Source: a virus. From it: 37,179 bases of DNA. Positions 34,226 through 37,179 of this stretch are shown here, piece by piece. Both the position numbers and the translations under genes were made by a program. The stretch lies in the UHGV virus genome UHGV-0294517. One strand, written 5' to 3'. Numbering within the stretch: position 1 is the stretch's first letter; each line of letters opens with the position of its first letter. The notes below the pieces were generated by a model. It made no database searches and was not told where the DNA came from. It saw only the letters and a list, made by a program, of their open reading frames with translations.

Positions 34226-34423
34226 TTATTGATATGGAGAGTCGATAAGGTCAGAAATTCGGACTTTTAATCCTTTGGCAAGCAATTCCAACGCGTCTGC
34301 TGTCGGTGATATTTCACCATTTGCAATACGGTTAATCGTTGATTTTGATATTCCGGTCGCAATGGATACTTGCCGAGTAGATAGGTTTTTATTGGACATG
34401 ATCTTATCGAGTAATATCTTCAT
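34226..34423 (-). CDS. small XRE-family HTH protein (65 aa), probably leaderless
   Basis: LSTRQVSIATGISKSTINRIANGEISPTADALELLAKGL is an HTH. No Shine-Dalgarno sequence. A TACAAT -10-like hexamer ends 9 nt upstream of the ATG. Confidence 0.55.
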   Translation of the reverse strand: MKILLDKIMSNKNLSTRQVSIATGISKSTINRIANGEISPTADALELLAKGLKVRISDLIDSPYQ

Positions 34424-34556
34424 AATATTTTAATTGTAGTATATTCCAAATCTGGAAACTACAGGTAAATAATGGTAATGATATAACCGCTTCGGCGTTT
34501 ATATATAAATTGCGGGAAAAGTACAGGAGAGAAAAAGAAGGTGAATTAAGAAAGGA

Positions 34557-35582
34557 ATGGGATTTCGTTTCAGAAAAAGTTTTAAAATTGCTCCCGGTAT
34601 AAAGTTTAATCTTAACAAGAATAGCCATAGCTTCACGTTTGGTGGAAAAGGAATTCACTACACTGTTAATTCTGATGGAAAACGGACAAAAAGCTTTGGA
34701 ATTCCAGGGAGCGGACTGTATTACACAGAAACCAAAAACGGAAAAACTAAAGAAAACAAGGGGAAAACAATGAGTAAAGCATCGAATAAGAGTGGTGGTG
34801 GATGCCTTAGTGTTATTGCATTGCTGATAATGCTCTCTATTGCACTTGTAGTGTATTCTTTTTTATGGATACCAGCGATACCGGCATTGATATACTGTGT
34901 TGTATCCAAAAAATTCCGGCCATACAGGATCAGGAATACTGTGATATGCTCGATTGTGTTTGCAACATCTCTAATTATCTTTATATGGCTTGGATCTCCG
35001 TCTGAATTGAACTCTATATCTGCAGAGTGGGGGAAAGAAGAATTTAATATCGGAGATGTAACGGAGGTGAAAATTACTCCAAGCCCGTCGGACGCAAAAA
35101 TCGAAAGCTTGGAATTATCCGAAAATAATATCGCAGATCTCGAATATAAGGACGGAAAAGCCGTCATTACATTTACGGGTTCTGGGAATGCATCACTATT
35201 TTTTACGGCGAATGGAGAAATTAAAAGCAGTTCGAAAACTATTACCGTTATAGATCCGGAAGAAGAAGCGAGAATAAAAGCCGAGGAAGAAGAACGGATT
35301 AGGTTGGAACAGGAAGCTCAAGCAGCTGAACAGGCGCGTATCGAGCAAGAACAGGCTGCGGCTGCTGAACAGGAAAGGATTGCACAAGAGCAAGCTGCAG
35401 CGCAAGCAGCACAAGAGCGGGCTGCACAGCAAAGCCAAGATGACCCCATCGTGTATATAACAAACACTGGGGCAAAGTATCATAGCGCTGGATGCAGAAC
35501 TTTGAAATCTAAGATAGAAAAACATCTGTCTGAGGTACGCGGAGTTTATGAACCGTGCGGCATTTGCCATCCACCACAATAA
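34557..35582 (+). CDS. membrane protein: N-terminal DUF4236 domain, two TM helices, Ig-like/beta region, E/Q/A-rich coiled coil, and a C-terminal Ada-like Cys/His zinc-binding motif
   Basis: MGFRFRKSFKIAPGIKFNLNK...GIPGSGLYYTE is the canonical DUF4236 N-terminus. TM segments LSVIALLIMLSIALVVYSFLWI and ICSIVFATSLIIFIWL. C-terminal TGAKYHSAGCRTLKS...LSEVRGVYEPCGICHP resembles the Ada N-terminal zinc-ribbon pattern. Confidence 0.75.
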   Translation: MGFRFRKSFKIAPGIKFNLNKNSHSFTFGGKGIHYTVNSDGKRTKSFGIPGSGLYYTETKNGKTKENKGKTMSKASNKSGGGCLSVIALLIMLSIALVVYSFLWIPAIPALIYCVVSKKFRPYRIRNTVICSIVFATSLIIFIWLGSPSELNSISAEWGKEEFNIGDVTEVKITPSPSDAKIESLELSENNIADLEYKDGKAVITFTGSGNASLFFTANGEIKSSSKTITVIDPEEEARIKAEEEERIRLEQEAQAAEQARIEQEQAAAAEQERIAQEQAAAQAAQERAAQQSQDDPIVYITNTGAKYHSAGCRTLKSKIEKHLSEVRGVYEPCGICHPPQ

Positions 35583-35757
35583 AATAAAAACCGCCCCTGC
35601 GCCAACAGAGACGGTATACATATCCGAAGATATGCTATTGAAATCCACGAATATTGTATCATCTTCGGAGCAGTCACGCAAGCGGAACATTTGTTTTGCG
35701 CTGGCTGTTATTTTTGTGCCAATTTTAAATATATTTTACAAAAGGAGAGTGATGCAA

Positions 35758-37152
35758 ATGCCAGAAAAAATACTGCGGTGTGCCATATACATCCGCGTCT
35801 CCACATTTGAGCAGAGCGTACATGGCAAGTCTCTGCAAGCACAGAAAGAATGCCTGGAGCAATACGCAACAGACAACAATATGTCTATAGTAGGCGTCTA
35901 TGCGGACGAGGGAAAGACTGCCAGAAAAGAATTGAAGAAAAGAAAAGCCATACACGCTCTTGTAGAGGACGTAAAAAGGGATAAAATTGATGTGATAATT
36001 TTCTGGAGACTCGACAGATGGTTTCGAAATCTTTCTGATTTTTATAAGGTGCAAGATGTGCTTGATGATCATGGTGTTCGCTGGATTTCCGTATCAGAGC
36101 CCGGTATAAACATGGAGACAAGAGATGGACGATTGCAGTTAAATGTAGTGCTGTCGATCGGTCAAAACGAAGTAGACACCACATCCGAGCGAATTAAATT
36201 TGTGAATGAAGCATCTATAAGACAGAAAAAGCTAATATTTGGAGATGCAAATATGCCTTTTGGTTATAAAACAGGTGTTGTAGATGGAAAGAAATGCATG
36301 GTTAAAGATTCGGAAACAGAACACATGGTGGAAGATTTTTTTGAATATTTTAGAAATCATAACTCCAAGAAGGGCGCTATCCGGTACATGCAGGAAACCT
36401 ATGGAATTGATTTTAGCTATGGCATGTTACGGACGATGTTATCCAGCGAATTTTATAAAGGGACGTACAGAGGATACCCTTATTGTCCAGCATACCTGTC
36501 AGAAAAAGAATGGGATGAGATGCAAACTATATCGAAAAGAAATATTAAAAACACGCCGTCTGGTAGAATATACCTATTTACAGGTTTGATGCGCTGTCCT
36601 GTGTGCGGACAGAAATTAGTTGGCACCGGATGCTCATCAATTATCAACCGTAAAACCGGAGAAAAAAGAACATACTGCTACTACCGTTGCAACAGAGCGC
36701 TTATTGATCATATTTGCACGTATAGGCATAGGGTAAGCCAGAACCTTATCGAAAAATATCTGCTCGAAAATCTTGAAAGAGAGTACGAAAAGTATAAGGT
36801 CCGCACCAACCAGATCAGCGAAGAGTTAAAAAAGCAAAAGAAAGCGAAAGATCCGAAAAAGCTTAGAAAAGAAATGGAACGATTAAATATATTATTTCAA
36901 AAAGGGCGGATCTCTTACGATTACTACGATAAGGAGTACCAAAGATTGGAGAGAGAATATTCCGCTTCTGCTGCTTTTTGCGAGGAAGAAGAGACGAGAA
37001 ACCTGCATTATGTAGAAGAACTATTAAAAACTGACTTTCGCCAGATGTATGATTCGCTGTCTTTGGAAAATAGACGTTCTTTTTGGAGATCTACAATACA
37101 GGAAATTTATCTAAACGAAGACAATACGATTAAAGGTGTTGATTTTATTTAG
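35758..37152 (+). CDS. large serine recombinase (phage integrase)
   Basis: N-terminal resolvase catalytic domain AIYIRVSTFEQ...(Ser nucleophile)...FWRLDRWFRN. Recombinase domain. Zinc ribbon CPVCGQKLVGTGC...CYYRCN. C-terminal coiled coil. Start could be ATG 35752 or 35758 (AAGGAGAG RBS); the track ORF begins upstream at 35548. Confidence 0.9.
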   Translation: MPEKILRCAIYIRVSTFEQSVHGKSLQAQKECLEQYATDNNMSIVGVYADEGKTARKELKKRKAIHALVEDVKRDKIDVIIFWRLDRWFRNLSDFYKVQDVLDDHGVRWISVSEPGINMETRDGRLQLNVVLSIGQNEVDTTSERIKFVNEASIRQKKLIFGDANMPFGYKTGVVDGKKCMVKDSETEHMVEDFFEYFRNHNSKKGAIRYMQETYGIDFSYGMLRTMLSSEFYKGTYRGYPYCPAYLSEKEWDEMQTISKRNIKNTPSGRIYLFTGLMRCPVCGQKLVGTGCSSIINRKTGEKRTYCYYRCNRALIDHICTYRHRVSQNLIEKYLLENLEREYEKYKVRTNQISEELKKQKKAKDPKKLRKEMERLNILFQKGRISYDYYDKEYQRLEREYSASAAFCEEEETRNLHYVEELLKTDFRQMYDSLSLENRRSFWRSTIQEIYLNEDNTIKGVDFI

Positions 37153-37179
37153 CGCGTCTTGTACTAAACATCTAGCCCC

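Overview
Most of this window is a near-complete temperate siphovirus-type prophage of a Gram-positive (Firmicutes/Clostridia-like) host. The host assignment rests on AGGAGG-type ribosome-binding sites (RBS) and on protein families recognised by eye. No database search was possible, so every family name below is recall from the translated sequence.

From about 33.4 kb down to 1.9 kb almost everything is on the minus strand, in canonical order:
- a genetic switch with divergent promoters at 33.41-33.50 kb;
- an early/replication-recombination module: Rha/KilAC antirepressor, YqaJ-type exonuclease, a coiled-coil protein, RecT, SSB, an Hjc-like resolvase, and a replisome organizer with internal iterons;
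- a block of many tiny Cys-rich, translationally coupled ORFs, with YopX, a Lar-type restriction-alleviation protein and an AT-rich HNH endonuclease;
- a sigma-70 region-4-like late activator;
- a phage-borne tRNA-Asn plus a degenerate tRNA-like minihelix;
- the packaging, head and tail genes: TerS, TerL, portal, Mu-F-like minor head protein, scaffold, major capsid protein, connector proteins, major tail protein, two chaperones, tape measure, Dit and Tal;
- holin and amidase endolysin.

The right end carries a large serine recombinase (35758-37152, plus strand).

Three accessory (moron) cassettes occupy classic prophage hot spots. The first is an AT-rich, opposite-strand two-gene operon (32087-32906) with its own promoter and terminator, embedded in the early region; this is my best candidate for an undescribed defence or exclusion system. 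The second is a DUF4236/Ada-like zinc-ribbon membrane protein plus a small leaderless HTH gene between the repressor and the integrase. The third is a four-gene plus-strand unit (379-1895), downstream of the lysis genes, with an XRE regulator and an AP2-domain protein.

A 518-aa protein of unknown function sits unusually inside the head module. I saw no CRISPR array, rRNA or insertion sequence.
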